Source: Candidatus Nealsonbacteria bacterium (GTDB taxonomy: Bacteria; Patescibacteriota; Minisyncoccia; Minisyncoccales; MHMH01). From it: 64,000 nucleotides of DNA. Each line of letters opens with the position of its first letter. The stretch's first letter is position 1. The notes below the pieces were generated by a model. It did not search any database. It was not told where the DNA came from and worked only from the letters and a program-made list of their open reading frames with translations. The DNA lies in assembly GCA_016188865.1 (NCBI GenBank), contig JACPGX010000002.1, positions 2,398 through 66,397 of the forward strand, in the 5' to 3' direction. Positions 36,453 to 46,185 of the stretch are shown piece by piece. The position numbers were made by a program, and so were the translations under genes.

Positions 36453-37877
36453 TCACGACTTTATTGGATAATTACCGGTAAAGCAGGCGGTGCAAAAATC
36501 GCAAGGTTTAAGTTTACCGGTTAAATCAGACTCTACCACTGCTTTAATGGTGCTTTCCAAGCTCAAATAGCCTAAATAATCAGCGCCAATTTTTTCCCTT
36601 ACCTTTTCAATATCGCCCTTGCATTGGCCGGCAATCAGCTCGCCCTCATAGCGCCAGGTATCTATGCCGTAATAACAGGGATACAAATAAGGAGGGGCCG
36701 TTACTAGCATGTAAACTTCTTTTGCGCCCTGATAAATTTTTCCCATCAACTTCTTGGGGGTTTTCAAAAGTTTAACCAATCTTGGGGCTGTCGTTCCTCT
36801 GACGATAGAATCATCTATCAAGATAACTCTTTTATTTTCTATATCAAAAAGCACTGGATTAAATTTAAGCGAAACTCCGAACTCTCTTGAATCCTGCGTT
36901 GAGGCAATAAAAGTTCTGCCAAACGTGAAATGGGCTCGGAATAAAGCTTCGTAAACAAGCAGGATATTAGTGCAGTCGCGAAACCCTAGGGCTGCCAAAA
37001 GCCCTGAATCCAAGGCCGGAACAATTGCCTGCCCGGAAAGAATCTTGGGCGAATGCTCGCAAGCTAAATAACAACCCATTTTTCTGCGAGCGCGATGAAC
37101 GGGCACTCCGTCAATAACGCTGTCCGGCCTGGCAAAATAAATATACTCAAACAGACAGATTTTCTTTTTTGTCTGCAAAATCCACGATTTAGATTGAATT
37201 CCATAGCGGTCAATGATAATCAGTTCGCCTGGTTTTACTTCTCTTAACAATTGAATATTCAAATGATCCAAACTGCAGCTTTCCGAAGAAACGGCATAAT
37301 ACTGCTCGTTTTCGCCAAAGCAAAGCGGCCTCACGCCAAACGAATCTTTAGCAGCAATAACTTTATCCCGGTAAAGAATAACCAAAGAAAATGCTCCTCT
37401 TAATTTGAGGAGGGAATCCTCAAGCGCCTCAAGAAAATCTTGTTTGATAGAAATTTCAATCAGTTTAACGATAATTCTGGTATCTGACACTCCTTCTTCA
37501 AAAACAGCGCCGCAGTCTTCAACGATTTTTTTTAACTCTAGGGTATTAGTTAAATTACCGTTGTGGGCTAAAGCAAAAGGTATGCCGCGAAAACTTCCTT
37601 GAATTGGCTGAATATTTTTTTTATTAACTCCGCCGGTAGTGGAATAACGATTATGGCCGATGCCGGCATTGCAGCAAACTGCCATGCCGCTGCTGTCCTG
37701 TCCCCTGTGCTGCAGCCCCTTTAGGGCAAAAAAAATCTGGAAAGCCAGCTTCCCCATCCTTTTTAGGGCAGTATCGCTATAAGCCTTGTCTACCTGGCCT
37801 AATCCATGATGTATTTTGAAATTTCTCTGCCTTTCTCTTTTTTCAACTATGCCGAAAACCCCGCAGGACTCTTGCAT
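36453..37877 (-). CDS. purF: Amidophosphoribosyltransferase with rearranged N-terminus
   Basis: CGVFG, LQHRGQ, GHNRYST, AHNGNL, CLFEYIYFARPDS, DDSIVRGTT, CTACFTG.YP. Confidence 0.88.
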   Translation of the reverse strand: MQESCGVFGIVEKRERQRNFKIHHGLGQVDKAYSDTALKRMGKLAFQIFFALKGLQHRGQDSSGMAVCCNAGIGHNRYSTTGGVNKKNIQPIQGSFRGIPFALAHNGNLTNTLELKKIVEDCGAVFEEGVSDTRIIVKLIEISIKQDFLEALEDSLLKLRGAFSLVILYRDKVIAAKDSFGVRPLCFGENEQYYAVSSESCSLDHLNIQLLREVKPGELIIIDRYGIQSKSWILQTKKKICLFEYIYFARPDSVIDGVPVHRARRKMGCYLACEHSPKILSGQAIVPALDSGLLAALGFRDCTNILLVYEALFRAHFTFGRTFIASTQDSREFGVSLKFNPVLFDIENKRVILIDDSIVRGTTAPRLVKLLKTPKKLMGKIYQGAKEVYMLVTAPPYLYPCYYGIDTWRYEGELIAGQCKGDIEKVREKIGADYLGYLSLESTIKAVVESDLTGKLKPCDFCTACFTGNYPIKS

Positions 37878-37943
37878 TAAGACCTCCTTTTAAAAGAACG
37901 CCTTCTTTTTGCAATAGCTCAATTTTGCTTTTTTGTCCACGAT

Positions 37944-38360
37944 TTATCTGGATTCCAAATATCCGTTTGCTTTTTTAAGAACTTTCTTGGCATTAACGAA
38001 AGTTAATTGCTTTAGCGCCTTTTCGTAAGGCAGCCACTCATAACCTTCGTGCTCAAAAGATATTTTGACTTCTTTGGTTTTTGTTTCTGCCAAAAAGAAA
38101 ATAACTGTTTTGAAAAAAATTTTACTGCTGCGTTTATAAAAATACTTTATGGTTTCTTTAAAGCCGGCGATGAACTCGACATCTTTAATCCCGGTTTCCT
38201 CAAAGATTTCCCTAATTGCCGCTTCTTCAGGAGTTTCCCCTTTTTCAATGTGACCCTTGGGCAAATCCCAATGCCCGGCACTGTAATGCAATAATAAAAA
38301 TAGGGTCTCCTTGCCCTCTTGTTTAAATATTACTGCTCCGGCTGATTTTTCAATCGGCAT
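37944..38360 (-). CDS. NUDIX hydrolase (Ap4A hydrolase-like)
   Basis: PKGHIEKGETPEEAAIREIFEETG Nudix box. Confidence 0.9.
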   Translation of the reverse strand: MPIEKSAGAVIFKQEGKETLFLLLHYSAGHWDLPKGHIEKGETPEEAAIREIFEETGIKDVEFIAGFKETIKYFYKRSSKIFFKTVIFFLAETKTKEVKISFEHEGYEWLPYEKALKQLTFVNAKKVLKKANGYLESR

Positions 38361-38363
38361 TTA

Positions 38364-38906
38364 TTATTTGCTAATTATTTCTTCTAAAATAGAATAAGTT
38401 AAAGTCTTTTTTGCCCAACCCTTAATATAATTTAAATTCGGCTTTGAAATTTCTATAATTGACCTGATGTCCTCCATGTGTTTATCGCTTCGAGATTCTT
38501 TAATCCAGAGTAATTTTTCTAATATTAAATCTTCTGGAGAAATAATATAAATGTACTTTCCAAAAATCTTCTTCTTTAGTTTTCGCTTAAATTCCATTAT
38601 TCTGAAGGAATCTTTTTTGCTTAACCAAAAATCTACCTTAAGCCCCTCTTTCAAATGAATAATATTAAAAGTAAATCTTCGTTCGATGGCATCTGATAAG
38701 GCGATTTCTGAAATATAAAAATCTTTTTTGAAGATATTTAAAATTTTCTCCCGATCTTCTTCGTGGGCATCAATCACGATATCAATATCGTGAGTACTCC
38801 TGGAAGATCCCCAAAAACTCACGGCCAAACCGCCGGTAAGAACGTAGGGAATTTTAAGTTTTTCCAATCTACGAACGACTAGCTTTAGTAATGCCACTAG
38901 TTCCAT
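38364..38906 (-). CDS. Nucleotidyltransferase family protein
   Basis: GGLA....G..R.T.DID, EDLIL.KL, K...D motifs. Confidence 0.8.
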   Translation of the reverse strand: MELVALLKLVVRRLEKLKIPYVLTGGLAVSFWGSSRSTHDIDIVIDAHEEDREKILNIFKKDFYISEIALSDAIERRFTFNIIHLKEGLKVDFWLSKKDSFRIMEFKRKLKKKIFGKYIYIISPEDLILEKLLWIKESRSDKHMEDIRSIIEISKPNLNYIKGWAKKTLTYSILEEIISK

Positions 38907-39093
38907 ATATTCTCTCCTGAAGTTTTTTACGTAATTCTTCAGAAGAAATCTTCGGATTTGCATCCATAATTGCCGTTTTGGCTAATTCCAAAACCGCGGT
39001 CCTCAATTGCATAGCGATTTTAAATCTTTCCTGTCCACTTTTTTTTCTCATTATCTCAAAATATTTTTCCTCGGCATCAGAAATCATAAACAT
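38869..39093 (-). CDS. Small protein overlapping the NTase start (antitoxin-like)
   Basis: 74-aa ORF directly upstream of and overlapping the NTase. Confidence 0.6.
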   Translation of the reverse strand: MFMISDAEEKYFEIMRKKSGQERFKIAMQLRTAVLELAKTAIMDANPKISSEELRKKLQERIYGTSGITKASRS

Positions 39094-39138
39094 TTTTACT
39101 TATTTTACTCCAAAAATCTAAAAACTTAAGATGTTTAG

Positions 39139-40863
39139 TTATTTAAGATATTTTAACATTTTTTCCAGCGGCCAGCAATTGGCGATGTCTCCTTTCTCGG
39201 CCCAGCCCCTTCGGGCTTGGGCAACGCCAAATTCCATAAGTCTTAACTGATCTTTTCGGTGAGAATCGGTATTGATTATCATTTTAACGCCAACTTTCTT
39301 GGCTTTTCTGATATTTTGATCGTTTAAGTCCAATCTTTCCGGCCAAGCGTTAATTTCCAAAATAGTGCCGGTTTCTTTCGCCGCCCGCAAAACCTTATCA
39401 AAATCAATTTGATATTCATCTCTCTGTTTCAAAATTCTGCCGGTGGGATGGGAAATAATATCAACATTTGGATTTTGCATAGCCCGAATCATTCTTTCTG
39501 TCATTCTATTTTTATCAATTTTCATACTAGAATGAATACCGGCTATAACGTAATCCAGCTTTGCCAAAAACTCATCTTTGATATCTATTGAACCATCTTT
39601 TAAGATATTAGCCTCGCAGCCCTTCAAAATACGGAATTTTGAATTTTGAATTTTGAATTTTGAATTTAAATCATCTATTTCTTTATTGCGTTTTTCTAAC
39701 TGCTTCTCATCAAGGCCGTGCTCAATGTGCAAAGCCTTAGTATGATCGGCTATGCCAATGTACTCATAACCCAAAACCATAGCTGCTTTAGCCATTTCCT
39801 CAATAGAATCATCGCCTCCATCCCAATCAGAATGGGTATGGAGATCGCCCTTTATATCGTGGTGCCCAATGATTTTCGGCAACTTTCCGCTTAAAGCGGC
39901 CTCGATTTCTCCCTGATTTTCACGCAATTCCGGGTCAATCCACAAAAGACCCAGCATTTTATAAATTTCTTCTTCGGTTTGGCCGCCAATCATTTTATTG
40001 CCTTTGAACAATCCGTACTCTGATAATTTTAATCCCTTATCCATGGCAATGCGCCGAGTGGCAATATTGTGTTCTTTGGAACCGGTAAAATACTGCAAGG
40101 CAGAACCGTAAGACCTTTCGGGGACTACCCTGATGTCCATATCAAAACCATCTTTCATTCTCACCGATGCCTTGGTGGTTCCCTTGCCCCAAATTTTTAC
40201 TATACCCGGCAATTTAACAAAAAAATCTATCACTTTAGATGGATAATTAGAAATTGCCAAAAAATCAACGTCACCGATGGTTTCTTTTCTTCTTCTGGCA
40301 GAGCCAGCAATATCAGCTTGCTCCACCTCTCTTAAATTTTGCAATTTTTCTAAAACTTCTTTGGCTTTAAGTAAAATATCTCCTAAAAGAAATCTTCCCT
40401 TGCTTCTTTTTACGAAAGCGATTCCCTCTAAAATATTCTTTTCCGTCTTTTGGCCGAAACCGAATAAGGGAGCAATCTTATGGGCTTTAGCTGCTTTTTC
40501 TAAAGTCTTTAAATCTCTAATCCCTAATTTTTGATAGAGAACTTTTACTTTCTTGGGACCCACCCCCTCTACGGAAATAAGCTCTTCCAAATTCAATGGA
40601 AGCCGTTTCTTGAATTGCTCATAATGTTTTATTTTTCCAGTTTTCAAATATTCCTCTATGGCCTTGGCAAGGCCTTCGCCGACACCGGTAATTTCTTTTA
40701 AGGCTTCAATACCTCCCCTTTTGTAAATCTCCTCAACGTCCTCTTCTGTCGATTCCAAACCGATAGCCGCCTTCCGGTAAGCGTAGGGCTTAAAAGCCAC
40801 CTCATCCATCTCAAGATAATCGGCTATTCTATAGAATATTTTAGCTATTTCTTGGTTAACCAT
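39139..40863 (-). CDS. polX: DNA polymerase X with PHP domain
   Basis: HhH motifs, GS.RR.KETIGDVD, YFTGSK.HN, DLHTHS, TDSH. Confidence 0.95.
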   Translation of the reverse strand: MVNQEIAKIFYRIADYLEMDEVAFKPYAYRKAAIGLESTEEDVEEIYKRGGIEALKEITGVGEGLAKAIEEYLKTGKIKHYEQFKKRLPLNLEELISVEGVGPKKVKVLYQKLGIRDLKTLEKAAKAHKIAPLFGFGQKTEKNILEGIAFVKRSKGRFLLGDILLKAKEVLEKLQNLREVEQADIAGSARRRKETIGDVDFLAISNYPSKVIDFFVKLPGIVKIWGKGTTKASVRMKDGFDMDIRVVPERSYGSALQYFTGSKEHNIATRRIAMDKGLKLSEYGLFKGNKMIGGQTEEEIYKMLGLLWIDPELRENQGEIEAALSGKLPKIIGHHDIKGDLHTHSDWDGGDDSIEEMAKAAMVLGYEYIGIADHTKALHIEHGLDEKQLEKRNKEIDDLNSKFKIQNSKFRILKGCEANILKDGSIDIKDEFLAKLDYVIAGIHSSMKIDKNRMTERMIRAMQNPNVDIISHPTGRILKQRDEYQIDFDKVLRAAKETGTILEINAWPERLDLNDQNIRKAKKVGVKMIINTDSHRKDQLRLMEFGVAQARRGWAEKGDIANCWPLEKMLKYLK

Positions 40864-40865
40864 AT

Positions 40866-41489
40866 TTAAAATGGTTTTTCCAATGGAGGCAGGCGAGGAA
40901 CAAAATGGTCTTTAGGAAATATATTTTTCCTGATTAATAAAAGGGTTGAAGAAGAAAGCAGGCCGAATAAACTCACTAAAACAAAAACCACCTTAAACCC
41001 CAAAATACTGACTAAAATTCCTCCAAGGGCCCCCGCTGCTCCAGCGGCAAAGCCAATGCCAGTGCTTTCCAGGCTCCAGGAAAATGCCTCCCTGCCTTTA
41101 TCTATATGCCTTGTGAAAATACCCGACCAGGTCGGTATGACGCAAGCCATGGCCAAACCTCTGACAACTTCCAAGGTAAAAATATGCCATGGCTGGGTAG
41201 AAAAAATATAACCCAAGGGAATTAAATTGGCTACATACATTCCTATGACCAAAAATTTAAAATCATCTTTTTCGCCATGATTTTTATCTAATTGATGGGC
41301 AATAAGGGGCTGAACAATCGACTTTGTTATCCAATAGGTAGTCGCCACGAAACCTACCATTTTAATGTCGCCTCCCTGAATTTGTTTGGTCAAAAAAATA
41401 GCGAAAATCGGACCGGAAAGACCCCAGCCAGCCTGAAGAAAAAAATCTGAAGTTATTAAAATCTTAATAACCCTATTAATTTTAATCAC
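40866..41489 (-). CDS. Half-size MFS-like membrane protein
   Basis: About six TMs, 207 aa, MFS-like motifs. Confidence 0.65.
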   Translation of the reverse strand: MIKINRVIKILITSDFFLQAGWGLSGPIFAIFLTKQIQGGDIKMVGFVATTYWITKSIVQPLIAHQLDKNHGEKDDFKFLVIGMYVANLIPLGYIFSTQPWHIFTLEVVRGLAMACVIPTWSGIFTRHIDKGREAFSWSLESTGIGFAAGAAGALGGILVSILGFKVVFVLVSLFGLLSSSTLLLIRKNIFPKDHFVPRLPPLEKPF

Positions 41490-42502
41490 TGCTTTATTTT
41501 AATTAATTTTGCTATTTTTTTAAATACTATCGATTCCATCATTTGAATCCCAAACCTAAAGAAAAAAATTAGTCCCAGCAAAGCCACCGCTAATTCCGCG
41601 CCCCTGACAATAAACACGAAGGCCATGCCGATGTTGGCGCCCAAACCAAATGCATTAAAAACAAAAGACTGCACCGCTTCATGCGAGCCAAGAGCGGCGG
41701 GTATCGGTAAGGTAATAGCCAAAAAAGAAAAAGCGACAACAGCTGTCGCCCCCAAAAAACTAATTTGTTTGCCTAAAAATAAAACTAAGAAAAATGTTCT
41801 GGCAGTTAATATCAATTGGGTTATTAAACTCAAGCCGAACCCTTGCCACATTGTTTTTTTATTCGGCCCAAAATATGCGAATATTTCTTTTTCGACATCG
41901 ATCATCGTATCAGCCCCGTTGTTATGTCTAAGATTAAGTTTTTTCAGAAAAAATTTAATGATGCTTTCTTTGCGAAAGCTTTTGAAATAAAAAACGACCA
42001 CCGCTATGGCGGTGGAAATTGCCAATAAAAATAGGGCTATTCCAATTTTTTGCGAAAGAAAACTTACTTTTGAAAATAAAAAAAATATGCCAAAGATTAT
42101 AACTATGGCATTGATTGTTATTTCTAAAAATCTGTCTATAAAAACCGAGGCGATTGATTTTGGCCATGGCACAGAATACTTTTCTTTTAAATCATATCCT
42201 CTAAAGATTTCTCCGCCCAAAATTACCATTGGGAAGAAAAATCCTATCGCATTACCAGAAAGATAGTATTCTATGATTCTTAGGGTGGGGATATTATATC
42301 CCTGACTCTTTAAAACCATCTTCCATCTCCAGGATCTCACAAAAAAAGATAAAATCGTTAATAATAAAATTATTAAACCTGCCTTAAGGGAAAATGTTTT
42401 AAGGGCTAATAAAATTTCCTCCCATCCAACGTTATTTATAATAAAAAGAAAAAGGGCTGCGCCTATTAAAAGAGAAACCAGAAACAGGAAAAACTTTTTC
42501 AT
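41486..42502 (-). CDS. Lysylphosphatidylglycerol synthase TM/flippase-like protein (UPF0104)
   Basis: RSWRW, GGEIFR, DRFLE, P.PAALG..E. Confidence 0.8.
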   Translation of the reverse strand: MKKFFLFLVSLLIGAALFLFIINNVGWEEILLALKTFSLKAGLIILLLTILSFFVRSWRWKMVLKSQGYNIPTLRIIEYYLSGNAIGFFFPMVILGGEIFRGYDLKEKYSVPWPKSIASVFIDRFLEITINAIVIIFGIFFLFSKVSFLSQKIGIALFLLAISTAIAVVVFYFKSFRKESIIKFFLKKLNLRHNNGADTMIDVEKEIFAYFGPNKKTMWQGFGLSLITQLILTARTFFLVLFLGKQISFLGATAVVAFSFLAITLPIPAALGSHEAVQSFVFNAFGLGANIGMAFVFIVRGAELAVALLGLIFFFRFGIQMMESIVFKKIAKLIKIKQ

Positions 42503-42618
42503 AAATACGTTTCTATTATATCAAAACTAGCCATTTTTAGAAAGGCGCGCCGCGAACGCTAGACAAACCGGTTATTAGCTACTATGATATATTAGCTACT
42601 ATAATAAAGAGGTGGGTT

Positions 42619-42867
42619 ATGCTGGGCAGGATTAAAATTTATTGGACAGATCTCGGCTTAAAAATCGAGAAGTTAGGAAATCTTTCACTAGCTGGAGGGA
42701 AAACCTACGTTTTGAAAGAGGGAGCGCAGGAGATATTAATCATAAAAGTGGAACACAGCGATGAAGTAATTACGCCCGAAATGTTCTTGATAAAACAGTT
42801 CTTTCATAAAGATGACGTAAAGATATGTGATGTCTTTCTGGCTCAACAAGAAGAAATTTGGAGGTGA
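42619..42867 (+). CDS. Hypothetical protein
   Basis: 82-aa ORF with GAGGTG RBS and upstream TATAAT. Confidence 0.55.
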   Translation: MLGRIKIYWTDLGLKIEKLGNLSLAGGKTYVLKEGAQEILIIKVEHSDEVITPEMFLIKQFFHKDDVKICDVFLAQQEEIWR

Positions 42868-42957
42868 TAAAAATGAAACCCCAGCCGCTTGACAATAATT
42901 GATGCTTTTGTAATACTGCCGATAGGAATGGATCTTTTAAAAAAGGAGGAGAAAATC

Positions 42958-43635
42958 GTGAAAAAAATGATTAGAAGACTCTTTGGCCTTAAGGGTAAAA
43001 ATGAAAGAGGTTTTACCCTAGTTGAATTAATGGTGGTTGTCGCCATTTTAGCCGTCTTGGCTGGCATAATATTTGTTGCCATAACTTCAAGCAGCGGAAA
43101 GGCAAGATATGCTGCGGCTAAAACTGACGTTGAGGAGATGCAAAAAGCTCTGGAAATGTTTACTGGAGATTTAAACGAATTTCCAACCCGTTTAAACAAA
43201 ACTACTGCTGACCAATACACTCTTTTGTTTACCGGCATGTATGATGGGGCGGCTCAAATATCTGTTACCATGAACGATCTGCAGGCAGCCGATAAAAGCC
43301 AAGCAAACTATTTGGACCTTACCGACTTCCCCCTGGCTAACCGCGATAATCTATACAGTCATTTTTCGATCAACGGCCGAGAATACGGAAAATATGTAGG
43401 AAATCCGGAAAATCCTTCCCACGGCTGGCACGGCTCATACTTAAAACTCAAAGGAACCATGTATGATCCTTGGGGCAACAGCTATATCGTCACTTTTAAG
43501 AGTTTAGGCGACGGGAGCTATCGAATTTTCATACTTTCAGCCGGAGAAGACAGGGTGCTAGACACCGATCCGGCCACCGCTACCGGTATTGACGACAGCG
43601 ATATCGGCATAACTTGGATTGGCAGGCCGAAATAA
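42958..43635 (+). CDS. Type IV pilin/GspG-like pseudopilin
   Basis: G|FTLVELMVV prepilin motif, DPWGNSY, SAGED. Confidence 0.88.
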   Translation: MKKMIRRLFGLKGKNERGFTLVELMVVVAILAVLAGIIFVAITSSSGKARYAAAKTDVEEMQKALEMFTGDLNEFPTRLNKTTADQYTLLFTGMYDGAAQISVTMNDLQAADKSQANYLDLTDFPLANRDNLYSHFSINGREYGKYVGNPENPSHGWHGSYLKLKGTMYDPWGNSYIVTFKSLGDGSYRIFILSAGEDRVLDTDPATATGIDDSDIGITWIGRPK

Positions 43636-43676
43636 AATCAGTAAAACGCCGAAAGTTGTTAAAACTTTTGGCGTTT

Positions 43677-44498
43677 TTATTTATAAAAAGCGATTGCCCC
43701 GTAGCCCACTACTTTTGATTTACCCCTCCCACCAAAATTTTGGTGAGGGGGTTTATCGCCAGCAGTATCTCCGGAGTTAGCGTATTTTAGCAAAGATGCT
43801 TTGCCGCCTAAAAGTTTGGTTGTTTCAATTAGCGTTTTTACTGAATCAATGGCGCAAATATTTAAATTGCTCACCCGAAGATTTAAAATGTTTTTTAGAG
43901 TTTTCTCATCAATATCTTTTGCTTCTTTATAAGATAAATAATGCGATAAATCTGCAGAAGCTATAATTAAAACTTTCCTATTTTTTATATTTTTAAAAAT
44001 CACTCTGGCCAGCAATTGCCAGTCTTTATTTTCCGAACCAAAAATAATCGGCAGAATTTTAAAATTTTTGACAGAGATCCTCTGCAAAAAAGGCAGCTGG
44101 ACCTCGATCGAGTGTTCCCAAAGGTGGGCAGAATCTCTCCTAAAAAATCTTCTTGAACTGTCGAGAACCGTTCTCGTCAGTTTTTTATCAACCATTACCT
44201 TGCCGAGAGGTGTCTCCCAAAATCCCTCTTCTGACCATACAGCAACTCCGTCAAATCTCTCGTAGTGAGAGTCGCCCATAATAATGACCGTATCAAATTT
44301 TTTACCGATAATAGCTTTAAAGCCATACGCTGCTACTTGTCCGGAATAAGCATAGCCCGCATGAGGCAAGAGCAAACCGAAAATTTCTCCTTTAATCTTG
44401 GGGGGATTGGCCCGATCTAAAAGTTTATTTATTATTCCAGATAATTCCTTGTTATTTTCCGGATAAAATTCTCCGGCTAATGCAGCCGACCTTAACAT
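43677..44498 (-). CDS. AmmeMemoRadiSam protein B (MEMO1 family)
   Basis: AGEFYP, PHAGY.YSG, EHSIEVQLPFLQ, SADLSHY, VVGY. Confidence 0.9.
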   Translation of the reverse strand: MLRSAALAGEFYPENNKELSGIINKLLDRANPPKIKGEIFGLLLPHAGYAYSGQVAAYGFKAIIGKKFDTVIIMGDSHYERFDGVAVWSEEGFWETPLGKVMVDKKLTRTVLDSSRRFFRRDSAHLWEHSIEVQLPFLQRISVKNFKILPIIFGSENKDWQLLARVIFKNIKNRKVLIIASADLSHYLSYKEAKDIDEKTLKNILNLRVSNLNICAIDSVKTLIETTKLLGGKASLLKYANSGDTAGDKPPHQNFGGRGKSKVVGYGAIAFYK

Positions 44499-44854
44499 GT
44501 CAAATGGAAGAGTCCTATTACTTTTTCTAATTTACCGTCTTCTTCCTGCGATTCCTCTTTTCTGATATTGAAAGTCTTAATCGCTTGTTCTGTGTGGTCA
44601 ATATATAATTTAATTCCCCTGTCTGTAATTAATTTTTTAGCGGCATCGGTAATTTTGGCCATGCCCGATTGACCTGTTCCGATTACGATGCTTTCCGGAT
44701 TCTGATCTACTATATCTAATATGTCTTCAACATCAATAATATGCGACTCTTTACGCCACCAGTCAAAAACATCGCCAGTCCAAAAAACCTCAATGTCATG
44801 AGTGTAAATTTCTCCGTCAATGGTGATTGAGCCGAATTGATAGTCCTCGATCAT
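44492..44854 (-). CDS. Mth938-like domain protein
   Basis: YQFGSITIDG, IVIGTG..G, FHLTC. Confidence 0.85.
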   Translation of the reverse strand: MIEDYQFGSITIDGEIYTHDIEVFWTGDVFDWWRKESHIIDVEDILDIVDQNPESIVIGTGQSGMAKITDAAKKLITDRGIKLYIDHTEQAIKTFNIRKEESQEEDGKLEKVIGLFHLTC

Positions 44855-44864
44855 CGGATTTAGG

Positions 44865-44906
44865 GAGGTCCGACCTCCACTCAAATTTGAGAGGAGATCG
44901 GACCTC
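44865..44906. repeat. 42-bp palindromic element, intergenic
   Basis: GAGGTCCGACCTCCACTCAAATTTGAGAGGAGATCGGACCTC. Confidence 0.9.
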
Positions 44907-44914
44907 TTTTGTCT

Positions 44915-46180
44915 TTAAAACAACGTTTTCTGCTTCAAAATATCTTTCCTTTCGCTTTGGGAGAAAATCATAACCTTTCCGTATACCCCGTCGTAACCAG
45001 GCTCGATGGAAACCCTGCCCTCTCTTACCCTTATAATGCCTTCTGCTATTTCCGGCAAGGCGGCAGATTCTAATTCCTGTCTGGTGGCATCTAATAAAAT
45101 CTTAAACTCATTGCCAAAATTTTTAATTATATTTTTGTATTCTTTTTGTACTTGCTTACTGGCAACGCCAACACCCAAACTTTCAGCGATTATTTCTCCC
45201 AATGGGACTAAACTTTTAAAGGAAACGGCATTTTGAGGTTTACCCGCCGAAGATTTATCGAAGGCGGGCCTGTCGGCTAATTCCTCAACTCTATTCATCA
45301 CTCCGATAGTTAAAGGTTTCCCACAGGTTGGGCAAATGTTGTTGTATTTTTTTGATTCTTCGGGAGATAAAACAATTTCACAACTGCGGTGGCCGTCGTA
45401 GTGATATTTTCCTTCTTCCGGAAAAAACTCAATGGTGTGTAAAAAATTTTGCGGGTCCTTAGTTTTTATGGCGGTAATAATCGAATCATAGCTTAAAAAT
45501 GGCAAATCAAAGACATTGGCCTCCCTGCCTATTTTTGAGGGACTGTGAGCATCGCTATTGGAAATCAGGGCAATTTTATCTAATGCTGAAAGCCGCCAAT
45601 TCATTGCAGGATCGCTGCTCAATCCCGTCTCTATCGCATAAATATATTTTGAATAATCTTCAAAACACTCTTCAATTGAATTGAAGCCGGATTTTGAACC
45701 GAATACGGAAAACCAGGGAGTCCAAGCATGCGCGGGCACCACCAAACAATCTTCGGAGGCTCCTAAAACAATTTTAGCTAATTCTTTGGCATCCAAGCCC
45801 AAAATTGGCCGGCCGTCTGACTTTAAATTCCCAATCCACCCCAAACGAGCATTAATATTATCAACCGCCTCAAAAGAGGGAGCAAAAACTATAATATGAA
45901 TTTTCCTGACTCTGTTATTTTTTGAGTAGATACAGCTAATTTCGGCAGTTAAGATAAAACGCGTTTCCGAATTACCGCTTTTTAACTGAAAAAGCCCGGC
46001 TTCCGCGGATTTCAATTTTTCTTTCAGACTCTTAAACCATTCGGGATGCGTGAAGTCGCCCGTACCCAAAACCTTGATTCCCTTGATTTTTGCCCACTTA
46101 TCTAAATTTTCCAAGTCCATATCGCGGCTCGTCGCCCTTGAGTATTTGCTATGTATATGAAAATCCGCAATAAACCTCAT
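44915..46180 (-). CDS. PHP-domain endonuclease Q-like protein
   Basis: DFHIHSKYSRATS, GTGDFTHP, PAHAWTPW, SNSDAHS, GKYH.DGH, PGYDG.YG. Confidence 0.85.
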   Translation of the reverse strand: MRFIADFHIHSKYSRATSRDMDLENLDKWAKIKGIKVLGTGDFTHPEWFKSLKEKLKSAEAGLFQLKSGNSETRFILTAEISCIYSKNNRVRKIHIIVFAPSFEAVDNINARLGWIGNLKSDGRPILGLDAKELAKIVLGASEDCLVVPAHAWTPWFSVFGSKSGFNSIEECFEDYSKYIYAIETGLSSDPAMNWRLSALDKIALISNSDAHSPSKIGREANVFDLPFLSYDSIITAIKTKDPQNFLHTIEFFPEEGKYHYDGHRSCEIVLSPEESKKYNNICPTCGKPLTIGVMNRVEELADRPAFDKSSAGKPQNAVSFKSLVPLGEIIAESLGVGVASKQVQKEYKNIIKNFGNEFKILLDATRQELESAALPEIAEGIIRVREGRVSIEPGYDGVYGKVMIFSQSERKDILKQKTLF

Positions 46181-46185
46181 GCTAA

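Noticed and set aside
44855..44884. MSGGRTSLNP N-terminal extension of the Mth938-like protein
   Set aside because: It derives from the palindromic repeat; the family-like sequence begins at ATG 44854.
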